A DNA stretch of 64,000 nucleotides, from the NCBI GenBank assembly GCA_025594325.1, contig JANHCV010000004.1, positions 1,116,001 to 1,180,000 of the forward strand, written 5' to 3'. The position numbers were made by a program, and so were the translations under genes. Position 1 is the first letter of the stretch. Each line of letters begins with the position of its first letter. The DNA comes from Blastocladiella emersonii ATCC 22665. Lineage: Eukaryota; Fungi; Blastocladiomycota. Below are positions 45,415 to 57,064 of this stretch, piece by piece. The notes under the pieces are model-generated. The model was not told where the DNA came from. It saw nothing but the letters and a program-made list of their open reading frames with translations, and did not search any database.

Positions 45415-47791
45415 TTATGCATGACTGTTGAGCGCCAGCGACGAGGTTCGTCGGCTCGCCGCGGCGGCGTCGGTCGCGGCCAGTGCGCCACCGCCGCCGC
45501 CGCCGCTTCCCCCGCCGCCGTGGTGCTGGCGGTGATGGCTCGCGCTACCGACGCGCGACGACGATGCGTTGTTGGTCTGCGGCGGGCCAAGCGTGAGCGC
45601 CAGCGCGACGCCCGGGCCCGTGTTGTGTGCGCCGCTCGAGATGCCGGCGGAGCTGGACAACAACGAGCTCGAGGCTGCAGCGCTGCCGGCACTACCTGGC
45701 GCGCCGCTCGACGACGCGATCATCATCTGGCCCGACGACTCGATGGCGTCGAGGTAGTCGAGCTCGCTGATGCCGAGGTGGACGCGGAGGAACTTGAAGA
45801 TCTTCTGCACGTCGTCCCTCATGAAGTCGGCATTCGGGATGAGCTTCATGAGCCGGACAAACTCGAGCTTGTCGAGCGGGATCCCGTCGCCAATGAGGGC
45901 GCGGATGCGGGCGAGCAGCGCGTGTTCCGAGTCGGAGACGTGTTTCCGCAGCCCCGTGTTGCCGCCGAACACGACGCGCAGCAGGTCGTTGTACCACGGG
46001 TGCGTGCGCAGCGTCTTGGTCCGCTCCTGCACGCGCTGGATCGTCGCGTTCGTGCGCATGTGCTCCATGTCCGAGCTGCAGATCCCGTTCTACAAAGAGC
46101 GCTTCGGTAAGTTCCCTCGCTCCGCGAACAGACCCGGGAACAACGTACGACGCCGATCTCGAACGCCTTGAACTTGTGCGTGATGACCGACGGTCGCTGT
46201 CGCTCGACGCGCTCGAGCTCCTCGTCAAGCGCATTGCTGAGCCGCTGCCGCTCCTTCTGGAACGACGACCGCATCGCCTGGACCACGGCCTCGGGGTTGG
46301 GCATCGGGCTGCGCTGCACGTTGAGCGCGGCCTCGAGCTCCTCGGGCGTCATGTGCCGCGGGTCGCGCTCCGTCGACGAGCCCTCTTGGCCCGCCTGGGG
46401 CCCGCGCGAAGCGACGCCCGCGCGGCTGCTGGACCGCGGGTTGCTGCTCGCGGCGCGGCTCGGCGACTGGCTGCTGCTGACGCTGCTCCCGCCGCCGTGA
46501 TGGCCTCGGGTATCGTGGCCGCTGCCATCATCGTGGTCGCCGCGGTCTGCGCCATCGGCTCCACCGGATCCCGAGCCGCCGCCGTTCGCACCGCCAGCGC
46601 CGCCACTGCCCGCGGCGGCCTGGTTCTCGATAGTGGCCTGGAGCAGGCGCAGGTAGTAGTGCATCTTGTCGCGGTCGATCTTCTGCACGGTCCAGTCGCG
46701 GTACGTGCCCGTGGTCGCCTCGCGCTGCTTGCGCTGCGCCTCCATCTCGCGCTCGGCGACCTTGCGCGGGTCCTCCATGGTCTTGGCGATCGAGACACCA
46801 AACTGAACGGACGCGGATTTAGCTGTCACTCTAGAGTCGGGAACAGTGAGTGAGCAGACGTACCTTGACCGACTGCAGGCGCGACTTGGACAGGTCGACG
46901 CGCTCGCGCAGCTTGTCGTAGCCGTCCTGGCTCCCGGCGCGGTTGCTCGCGCTACCCGGCGCGCCAGTCGGGTCGCGCGCGCCGGCCGAGGTGGACGCAC
47001 GGTGGTGGTTGCTGGACGCCTGTTTTCGTTGACTAGGGATTGAGCGTCAGTCTGGTCCTTCCACGCAAGCATCGCGAGCGACCGTACTGGTTGCTGTGCG
47101 ATTTCCGGACCGCGACCCCGAGCGTCGTGGCGACGAGATCCTCGACATTGAGGACGGGCGCGCCGAGCGGCTTGTAGGCCTCACGGGTCGACGAGTTGAA
47201 GCCCGTGACCATGACCATCTGGCGCCGTTTCGATCGCTCGGCCGCGACAGCCTTCGAGTCGCGCGTGACGATCCGCGACGTGGTGCGCGTCTGCACCTTC
47301 TCGGCCATGTACCCGGTACTCGCGCCGCCGCCCGTCGTGCCCGCGCGCTTCTGGCGCTCCTGCTCGAGGTGCGCGGCCGTCACGGTCTGGTCTGGGAGCA
47401 GGGGCACGGGGAGGATCGCCTGGCGGATGTTGGTCACGGTCGACGGCTCGCGGTCGTTGTTCCGCGCAAAGTGCGAGTGGTGGAAGGTGACGGGGTGGAA
47501 CTTGGTGGGTTTGTGCGGGCCGGCGCCGGGGCCGGGCGTCGCGGGCGAGCCGCCGCCCGGGTGCGCGCCGCCGCCGACCGAGATGTTGAGCGAGTGCGAC
47601 AGCGCGGCGGCGGCGGCGCTGTCGAGCGACGTGTTCAGCATGTCCGTCGAGCCGTCCATGGACACGGCGGCCACAGAGGCGAGCGGGGCGCCGGGCGAGT
47701 GCGGCGACGACGGCAGGCCGGCGAGCAGGGCGCTCGTGGGCCGCCGGGCCGACGGCATGCGTTGGCGGGCAGGAGAGGACGTTGCCGTCAT
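45415..47791 (-). CDS. Hypothetical multi-exon protein with helical C-terminal domain
   Basis: Successive coding-biased ORFs separated by GT-AG introns (about 47.1-46.9, 46.86-46.80, 46.17-46.11 kb); RDWTVQKIDRDKMHYYLRLL and HPWYNDLL...VQKIFKFLRVHLGISELDY segments. Confidence 0.7.
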
Positions 47792-48243
47792 GATGGAAAG
47801 CAGTTCATGGTATGGTCACAGAGATCATGGCAAGTTGGTGGTGTGCGGACAGCGGATGGCTGCCGCCAAGTGATGGACACCTGGACCGCCCGAGTGTGTC
47901 ATTGCAAAGCTAATTGGGAGACATGATACGGGGGGTCGGCTACAGCAGATCGGGATTCTTTGCACCCAGTTCGACGGGCGAGTGATGTCAGCGTGATACG
48001 TGATACTGTGCCCCACTCAGATCGCTAACCAGGAAAACGCGGCTAAACGCGTCGGCTGCGGGCTCACGCGTCCGTCACGCGACGTGCGGCAGCAGTGTCT
48101 CGCAGCGGCGCGGCGCTACACGCGGCCGATGCGGGACGCGTCTCGCGCCCTTTCCGCCCGCCGCCCGCCCGCCGAAGCCGCGACGCTTCGCCCCAACGCA
48201 CGCCCCACTCAATGCATTGCAGCCCGAGTCGCGAGCCGGTAGC

Positions 48244-50082
48244 ATGATGACCTCCTCGTCCTCGGGGTACAAGGGCCCGGCCTACGTGTCCCTGCTGTCG
48301 ACGCAGGGCTCGACGCCCTTGAACGGCTGGAATGTGCTCGCCAGCACCGGCCGGCCGACCGCGTCCGAGCAGCTCGCCCACCACACAAAGCGCGTCTACG
48401 AGCGCGAGCTCAAGGGGTTCTGCGTCCACGTCGACTCGCAGTCGGTCAAGCTCGAGTACACGACCAAGTGTACGCCTGCGCGCGATGCATCGGCGGCTGG
48501 ACCGGTGGGCTTACCGCGGTGATGCATTCGTGTAGCTGCCACGGGGAACCAGTCGCTCTACCACCCGTTCCTCGCCATCCAGGCGTTCGTGCCGACCGAG
48601 TGCAAGAAGGTGACGCTCGAGCTTAGGTGCGCCGCCCATCACACCCTGACCTCCACGCCGACCTCGCTAACCCACCCATCACGTAGCGTAACCGACTCGA
48701 TTCCCGGGACCAAGATGACGAGCAAGCGCCGCCTATTCCTGTCGACCGCGAGCAAGGAGTTCAAGACGACGCCGCTGCACGCCTCGTTCCCGATCGACAC
48801 GCTGCTCCCGCGCGACCGGTGGACGACGCTGCTCATTGACCTCTCCGACTTCGTGTGCACCGCGTACCGCAACTGCCAGTTCCGCTCGCTCGAGTCCATC
48901 ACCATCCAGGGCGACAAGATCCGTCTGCGCAACATCGTGGCCGTGCGCGACATCGTGCCCGCCTCTACCTTTTCCTCCGCCAACGACGAGTTCCCTGGCA
49001 GCAGATCCTCGACGGCGCTCTCCACCACCTCCATGACCTCGTCGGCCTTCGAGTCGCGCATGGCCGCCGTCGACACCTTCCTCGCGTCCGCGTCCGTCGC
49101 CGACCTCGACGCCTGCATCCCGCGCCAGTACACGTTCCCGTTCACCATGGCCGGGTGGGTCCAGTGGACCGTGGTCCGCGGCACGACTGCGCGGTCGATG
49201 CAGATCCTGCCCTCATCCGCCAACCCCGCGCACGCGCACGACCTACCGCCGATCCCCGGCCGACTCAAGAAGGTCGACTCGGGCCTCTCCATCTCCATGC
49301 TCTCGCCCTCGCCCTCGATCCACACCCTCGTCGGGAACGGGAACGGGAACGGGAACGGCGCGGACGCGGGGCACTCCCCGCCCGCGACCGCCGGTGGCTC
49401 CAGTGGCGCGACCGCCGCCGCGGCAGAAGACGCGGCCGCGAGTTTCGGCATGCTCTCGCTCGCGGAACGCGCGCGGCGGCGGCGCGCCGCGCTTACCCGC
49501 GTCAACGGCGGCGGGAGCCAGGCCTCGCTCGCCCCGCTCGGCCCGCCGTCGTCGCTCCCGCCCCCGCTGCGCCCGCTGCACCACACCGGCGCCGGTGGGT
49601 CGTCGTCGTCGCTCCTCTGCCCCGCAGCGCCCGGCGGGTTTACGACGGGGATCCCGCGGCCGTCGGGGCTCGGCGGCGGTACCGGCGGCGCGCCGATCCC
49701 GATGCGCAAGCCGCTCACGCCGCTGCAGCCGCTCCCGTCCATGGCCGCCGCCGCAGCAGCGGTGCCGGACGTGGACCCGTTCGACCTCGAGGTGCAGCGC
49801 GTGATCGCACACGCGACGCAGCGGACGACGGCCGCGGCACCGGTCCCCGCGCCGGCTCCCGCCCCGGTCCAGGCGGTCGCACCACCACCACCAGCGCCCG
49901 TCATTGCCGAGCCCGCCGCCGTCGCAGCAGCAGCAGCACCCGGCGGAAGCGGCGAGGACGGCGACGACAGCCTCGAGCTGGTGTACGACGAGGAGCTCGA
50001 CTGCTACTACGACCCGCTGACGGGCAAGTACTACAACATCCAGGACGACGGCGGTGGCGGCGATTGCGACGAGGACGCATGA
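48244..50082 (+). CDS. CFAP20DC: CFAP20-domain-containing protein (C3orf67-like), multi-exon
   Basis: CFA20 domain (YKGPAYVSLLSTQG, HPFLAIQ, KRRLFLST, RWTTLLIDL, FRSLESITI) and C-terminal ELVYDEELDCYYDPLTGKYY motif. Confidence 0.82.
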
Positions 50083-50176
50083 GCGCGACGAACGACTCGA
50101 GAACACTTTGTCACAAATGTAAACACTGGTATTATTACGCAAGGTGTGTGTAGTCGAACCCCCTCCTCTCCAAAAA

Positions 50177-52732
50177 TCACAGGGGCCGGACGCGGGTCTC
50201 GGACAGCAACGCGTCGATGAGCGAGCGCTTCGGGTCGTCGTCCTGGCGCGCCATTTCGACGATCATGAGGAGCTTCTTGACCGAGAGGTTGAACGCGTTG
50301 GCCTGGTCGAGCCCGGCGGTGGCGAGGGTGCCGCACACGGCGTCGAGGTGTGCGTGGTCGGCGAACAGGCCGAGGTCCTGGGTGACGGTGCGCACGTCGC
50401 TCAGGTCGGCGAGCGTGGGCACGTAGAGCTCCGAGTTGAAGCAGTCGGCCATGCCGAGCTGGTCGAGCACGGTGCGCGACGTGCACGTCGACAGGATCAG
50501 GAGCTTCTTCCCCTTGGGCGGCGCGCGCTTGAGGAGGACCAGCAGCGTCTGCAGGACCGTGTTGGACAGGCGCGGGCCGATGGGCACCCACTCGAGCAGC
50601 CGCTCGAGGTTGTCGACGACGATCACCGACAGGGGCGACTTGTACGAGTCGGTGAACACCTTGGTGATGTGCGCGGCTTTCGCCGACTCCGAGTACCCGA
50701 CCATGGCCTCGGGGGAGAGCAGCTTGATGAAGGGGAACTCGGACGACATGGCCATGGTGGCCGCGAGGGCCGTCTTGCCTGCGCCCGCGGGCCCGTGGAG
50801 GAGCACCGAGACGAGCGGGGTGCGCGCGGACTCGCGCACCTGTTTGATGAACAGGGCGCCGGCCGCGAGCAGCCGCTGCGTGTTGCCGAAGGGCACGATC
50901 CCGTTGGGCACGCACATGCCGAGCTCCTGCTCGCTGGCGCCGTACGCGGCCTGCACCTCGTCGAGCGCGCGCAAGAAGTCGCTGCGGTTGACCTTGATCG
51001 AGTTGAGGTCCGTCGACACGGCCGCGTCGCCGACCTTGACGTGGCGGTTGAAGGCGAACGAGGTGGCCGACTTGACGAGCCCCGAGATCTCGGCGCCCGA
51101 GAAGTTCTTGGTCAGCGCGGCCAGCTCGTGCAGGTCCACGTCCGGGTCCATGAGGTCGTTGTCGTGCATCTTCTTGGTGTGGATCTTGAAGATCTGCAGG
51201 CGGCCGGCCTCGTCGGGCAGGGAGATCTCGAGCTTGAGCTCGAGGCGGCCGGGGCGGACGAGGGCCTCGTCGATCATGTCGAGGCGGTTGGTCATGCCGA
51301 TGACGAGGATGTTGTTGAGCTGGTCGACGCCGTCGAGCTTCGACAGCAGCTGGTTGACGATCGAGTCGCCGACACCTGTGCCGTCGTTCTTGGACCCGCG
51401 CTGCTTGCAGATGGCGTCGAGCTCGTCGAAGATGATAATGTGCAGCGACGACTCCTCGCCCTTCTCCTTGTACTCCTGCTCGGCGGGCGCGAACAGCTTG
51501 CGGATGTTCTCCTCGGACTGGCCCACAAACTTGTTGAGCACCTCGGGCCCGTTCACGATCAGCGGCTCGCGCGCGTTGAGCATCTTTGCGATCTGCCTGG
51601 CCATCTAAAAAAGCAAAAGGATTGTCAGCATTGCTGCTCCGGGCTGACAAGCCTGTAAAAAGATAACGCACCAGGGTCTTGCCGGTTCCAGGGGGCCCGT
51701 ACATGAGGATGCCCTTGACGTGCTGGATGCCGAGCTTCTCGACGATGGCGGGCGGGAAGATGCGCGAGGCAAAGGCGCGGCGGAAGATGGCCGAGAACTC
51801 GGCGTCGAGGCCGCCGATGCCCATGTCCTCGAACTTGAAGGACGGCTGGATGATCGGGTTCATGGCGGCCTTTTTCGCGTCGCCCTTGAGCTTGAACTGC
51901 GCCTCGGTGGCCTTGGTCAGGTTGATGACCGTCTCGGACAGGAGCATGGCGACCTGCGCGGGCTGGGACGCGACTACGGGTGGGTTCGCGTGAGTGACGG
52001 GTTCCGTGGTTGCGGGGAGAGGGGAGAAAGCGTACCGTCAACCTTCTCGCCGCGGAGAATGCGCTGCATGGTGTCGATGTCCATGGACTCGGCCGTGGTG
52101 AGGGCGAGCGTGTAATTGACGCCGTGGTACTCGAAGAGGAAGGGCTGGCCGACGGTGAAGATCTGGTTGACGAAGCTCTGCTGGATCAGCTTGACCAGCT
52201 CGACCGAGTCGAGAACCTCGGCAATCTGCTGCCCGCGGCGGAACGTGTTGAGCTAGACATGCGCGATGGACACGGTGTGAGTTGCGAGGACACGGGTCAG
52301 GGTGTGTCGGACGGAGATGAGTACCTCAAATGTCATGTTGGCAGCGGGGATCGAGACGCCGAGCGCGAACGGGTCGTAGGGGCTCACGGTGACCTGCTGG
52401 TTGAGGGCGAGCTGGGCCCACTTGCGGTGGAACACGTTGGTGCCGATCTCGCCCGGGTTGGTGCTCTGGTCATGCCTACGCGGTTGGACAGGTCGTGAGC
52501 GCGGGTGCAGAGAAGTGATGGATGGAGGGCGACGCACTTGATGGTGAAGATGTAGGCATTGTTGACGACGACGAAGCGCACGTTCGGGTCAAAGTCGAGC
52601 GGCGAGACGATGAGCAGGTTCCTGCGACGCGTCGAGTGTCAGCACACTACTGACAAACATCGCAGCAGTTGCCACGTACGTGTACGCCAGGGCGTCCACG
52701 GGACACTTGGCGACGCGGAGGACCTTGGCCAT
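50177..52732 (-). CDS. SEC18: Vesicle-fusing ATPase NSF/Sec18 (multi-exon; possible upstream start at 53065)
   Basis: MGIGGLDAEFSAIFRRAFASR, D1 GPPGTGKT, IIFDELDAICKQRG, GMTNRLDMIDEALVRPGRLE, D2 GPAGAGKT. Confidence 0.97.
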
Positions 52733-53432
52733 ACTGGAAGCGGAATCGCTGCGCGCGATGGTGCGGTGGCGGGTCGGTGGAGTCGAGGGTGGGGACGGAA
52801 GTCCGTGCGAGGGCTCTGCGTGCCGACGACGAGGTGGTGGTGGCGCAGTCGAATCCGCAGCAGAAGTGGACGATCCAGCGGCGGCGCGGAAGAGGCGGCG
52901 CGGGTTCAGGTAGGCGCCGTAGGGCTGGCGGCGGACGGGCGCGGGCGAGGAGTGGTTCCGCGGAGGAGTGGTGGGCGGCGACGATGCAGCAGAGCGCGTC
53001 GGGGCACCAGAAGTGGACGGTGGCGAGGACGACGACGACGGCGGCGGCTTGAGGTTGCAGAACATGCAGCGGCAGGCGTCGGCTGCTGCTGCTACAAGTT
53101 GCTGGGCAGATGCGTGTGCGAGACAGGCCCGACTTTGGCTGAGGGGGAAGGGAGCAAGAGCGGAAAACGATAACGAGACGCGTTCGCGAGGGAGGCGCTC
53201 ACGGCGGCGTGCGCGCGACAGGCGTGGCAGGCGGCGGGCGGCAGGGAGCTCGGTCACGCGGCCGCACATGGCCTGATCAACAGCCTCGTCGCCGCCCTCG
53301 CTGCACGCGCGCTGGCCGGACCGCCACCGTCGCGGGGACGGGAGCGCGGCGTGCAGGGTGGCGGGCGATCGACTCCCGAAGACTGGGTGCATCACGGCGG
53401 CGCGCCCTCCACACACGCAACGCATCAACACC

Positions 53433-54491
53433 ATGGCCCGCAATTCTGCCAACCTGTTCTCGGCGCTCGCGGTCGAGACCGAGGCCGAGGAGTTCACGGT
53501 GGTGCCCGTGACCGAGGTGCAGGTCGACGCGCTCGTGGCGCTCAAGATCATCAAGCACGCCAAGGAGCAGTACCCGCACGCGGTGACGGGCGCGCTGCTC
53601 GGCATGGACATGGACGGCGTGATGCAGGTGACGCAGTCGTACCCGTACCTGGCCAAGGCGCGCCGGTCGCACGGCGACGAGGAGGACGACTCGGCCGAGC
53701 TCGACGAGACGTACCAGGTCGAGATGCTGCGCTGCCTGCGCCAGGTCAACGCCGACGCCAACACGGTCGGGTGGTACCACTCGTCGCCGCTGTCGCACTT
53801 CCTGCACCACTCGTGGGTCACGATCCAGAGCGACTTCCAGACCACCATCCCGCAGGCGATCGTGCTCGAGTACGACCCATTGGCCTCGCAGACGGGCGCC
53901 CTGTCGCTGCGCGCCTTCCGCCTCACCGAGGCCTTTGTCAAGCTGTTCAAGGGCAAGCCGCGGTCGTCGATCGTGTCGGACGCGGTCACCGCGTCGGGCC
54001 TGCTCGAGGACGGCCTGCTCGAGGAGCTGCCCGTGTCGATCCGCAACTCGCACCTCGTGTCGGCGTTCCTGTACGCCAACAACCTGACGGCGCACACGGT
54101 CGCCGCGCCCATGCCCGGCGTCTCGCGCGAGGCGTACACGGCCAAGCACGCGTCGGGCCTGCTCGACACGCTCGACTCGTACGCGTCCGAGCAGACGCGG
54201 TACTCTGGGTGGCACCGCGTGCACCAGCGCGAGAAGGGCCGCATCGAGTCCATGGTCGCCCGCAAGCGCCAGGAGAACCCCGAGGAGGCCGACGCCATGC
54301 TCAAGCAGATGACGGCGCGTCTGCCCAACGAGCCGCCCAAGCTCGACTCGCTCCTCCTCGCCCAGCAGGTCGACCAGCACTCGGACCTCATCGAGGGCTT
54401 CCTCGCCCCCGCCGTCCTCTCGGTCGAGCTCTCGCGCGCCGCCGTCCCCGTTGCGCCTGCCGCTGCCGCTGAGACTGCCGCCGCCGAGTAA
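53433..54491 (+). CDS. EIF3H: Translation initiation factor eIF3 subunit H (MPN domain)
   Basis: VQVDALVALKIIKH, VTGALLGMD, YQVEMLRCLRQVNADANTVGWYHS, IVLEYDP, LSLRAFRLT, ELPVSIRNSHL. Confidence 0.9.
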   Translation: MARNSANLFSALAVETEAEEFTVVPVTEVQVDALVALKIIKHAKEQYPHAVTGALLGMDMDGVMQVTQSYPYLAKARRSHGDEEDDSAELDETYQVEMLRCLRQVNADANTVGWYHSSPLSHFLHHSWVTIQSDFQTTIPQAIVLEYDPLASQTGALSLRAFRLTEAFVKLFKGKPRSSIVSDAVTASGLLEDGLLEELPVSIRNSHLVSAFLYANNLTAHTVAAPMPGVSREAYTAKHASGLLDTLDSYASEQTRYSGWHRVHQREKGRIESMVARKRQENPEEADAMLKQMTARLPNEPPKLDSLLLAQQVDQHSDLIEGFLAPAVLSVELSRAAVPVAPAAAAETAAAE

Positions 54492-54804
54492 CCTCGTTCG
54501 TGTCTACCCTATCCTCTCCCAATTTGATCGTTTTTCGTTTTTGCTGCTCCCTCAAATCGTGTCTCTCTGCCTGATCGTGATGGGGACAGTAAATATGAAA
54601 GCGCCGCCGCCAGCCAGCGTGGCCGTGTGCCAAGACCGGGGGTGCCCCACGCACGGTGCGAGCGTGGAAACTCGAAGTCTCGAAGAAGAACCCTCTGCGC
54701 CGCGCAGCTCGCCTCGCCCCGCACCTTCATAAGGGCCCCGCCGCCCTCGCTCTCCCTCCCTCTTCCCCCTCAAACCTGCAACGTATCAAGCAAACAAGCA
54801 AGAA

Positions 54805-56927
54805 ATGACGACCATCACGCCGCCTGCCCTGCCCAGCCGCGACGGCGCCGCCGCTGCCGCTGCCGCCACGTCCCCGACGACCTCGGAGACGGACCTGGCG
54901 AGCTGGGGCGAGGCCGAGCGCCTGCTGCTCGTGCACAACGCGCGCGTGCTGTCGTTCCCGGCGACGCAGGCCGAGACGGCGGCGCCCGCGCAGGCCATCC
55001 ACGGCCGCGTCGGCGAGCTGCGCGCCCAGGGCCTGCTCGAGGTGTTCAACGTGATGCTCGACGCCGTTGCCTCGGCGACCACGTCGGCCCAGGTCCACGC
55101 CAAGCACGTTGAGCTGGTACGTCTTAGTGTGCTTGATCGCCGTTGATCTGATCCGATCACTGACCGACCCGCGCAACCCCGTAGACGATGCTCACGGTGC
55201 CCGCGCAGCACCAGGGCGCCGAGCCGTTCCAGCTGCCGCTGTTGCAGAGCATTGCCGTGGTGCGCGAGGGTCCCGCGTCGTTCCTGGTCCCGCTGCCCGC
55301 GGCCAACTGCATCTTCCGCATCGAGGTGGCCACGCCCGACACGGACGAGCTCGACGCCCTCGTCGACCTGCTCACCCACTACACGGCGCTCGACGAGCCC
55401 TCAACCAAGTTCCGCAACACGGTGGCGCTGGTCGGGCCCACGGGCCAGGTCGTCGGCACGCTCGCCGAGGGCGTCGACCTCGACGCGCACTCGGTGACGG
55501 CCGGCGCCAAGGGCCCCGTGCTCCTCACCCGCACCGTCACCTCGACCAACGTGCCGGGCGAGGCCGACAAGGTGCAGTGGACCGTCGCCGAGGCGCCCAA
55601 GGAGGAGGTGGACCGTGCGGCGGCTGTCGGCGGCGCCGTGGCGTACCCGGACGCGTCCATCGAGGAGAAGATCTTCCGCGGGTCCGTGCTCGTCGGCGAC
55701 CTGCTCATCCAGGGCGCCGGGCTCCTCAGCCAGGGCATCGTGCGCGGCTCCGAGAACATCAAGGACTCGGTCCGCCCCAACGAGAAGCCGCTCGAGTTCA
55801 CCCCGCAGACCCGCGGCCAGCTCGAGACCGCTAAGAAGGTGTCGTCCGCCGCGGTGCAAGGTGCGTGGGACTCTACTTCTTCATTCTCGACGTCGACGTC
55901 GACGACGCGCAGCGGCACGACGCTTGGCGGCGGCGGGATCGACGCGCGCTCGCTCGCAGCCGTCGCGGCCAGCTACATGCACCGTGCGCTGCTCGCGTGG
56001 ACCCTGGTCTCGACCATCTGGCGCAGCACCTCGGTCCAGCTGCAGTCGTCGTCCCGCCACATGCCGCTGCGCGCCCGCGCGCACGTCTACCTCGAGCGCG
56101 CGATCCTGGTCCTAATCTCCCTCGTGTGGCTGTCTGTAGCCACGGGGGCCCTGGTGGCGGGCGCCGTGACGGTGGCGTCGACGGTCGGCAGCGCCGTGGC
56201 GGCCAAGATGGGCGGCGACGGCGCCGGCGGGTTCCCCGCCGACAGCAAGCGCGCGCGCACGCTCAAGGTGACCAGCACCATCATCAAGTCGCTCGCGGTC
56301 CTCGGCGACCGCGCGTCCACGTCCGGCCGCATGGTGCTCAAGGCGACGGGCCAGGGCGCCGCGACCATCATCGAGCGCAAGTACGGCGCCGAGGCCGGCG
56401 CCGTCGCCCGCGACGTCGCGCTGATCGGCGATAACGCGTTCGTCGTCTACTTTGACAGCAAGGGCCTGCGCCGTGTCGTCCTCATGTCCGGCGCCAAGAC
56501 CGCCGTCCACGAGCTTTCGGAGAAGACCAAGGCGCTCGACGTCAACGGTAACCCGGTCCCCGCGAGTGCCGCCGCCGGCCCCGTCTTCACCACCTCCTCG
56601 GCCACCACCACCACGGGCGCCGCGCCGCCCGCCAACGCCGCCGACTTTGCCGCCTCGGCCATGGCCTTCGCCCAGGATAAGGGCCCCAAGGTCGCGGCCG
56701 CGGTCCAGGAGCACGCGCCCAAGGTTGCCGCTGCGGTCGCCGAGCACGGGCCCAAGGTCGCCGCCGCCGTCGCGTCGGGTGCCTGGTCGCTGTGGACCGC
56801 CGTCAGCGCCCAGATGGCCGCGTCGTCGGCCGCGAGCGCTGCGCACGCGCAGTCGGGCGCCGCTCCCGCTGGTGCGGCGGCGAGTCCGGCTGCCGCGGCC
56901 ACGTCGCCCACGGCTAAGGCTCCCTGA
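54805..56927 (+). CDS. Senescence/spartin-domain protein; introns 55117-55184 and 55861-56139
   Basis: GDLLIQGAGLLSQGIVRGSE, KVSSAAVQ/ATGALVAG, ATIIERKYGAEAGAVARD typical of the Senescence domain; both introns have GT, branch point and AG and preserve phase. Confidence 0.75.
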
Positions 56928-57064
56928 GCGAGCGTGACGATGTCCCTCTCCCTCTCCGACCCTCTCATTTGTACATACGACCTCCCGCGATACAATGAAA
57001 ACGCTTTCCAGTGATCATCAAAACGGCTGTTTATATCAGAGTCAGATTACAAGTCAACCATTTA

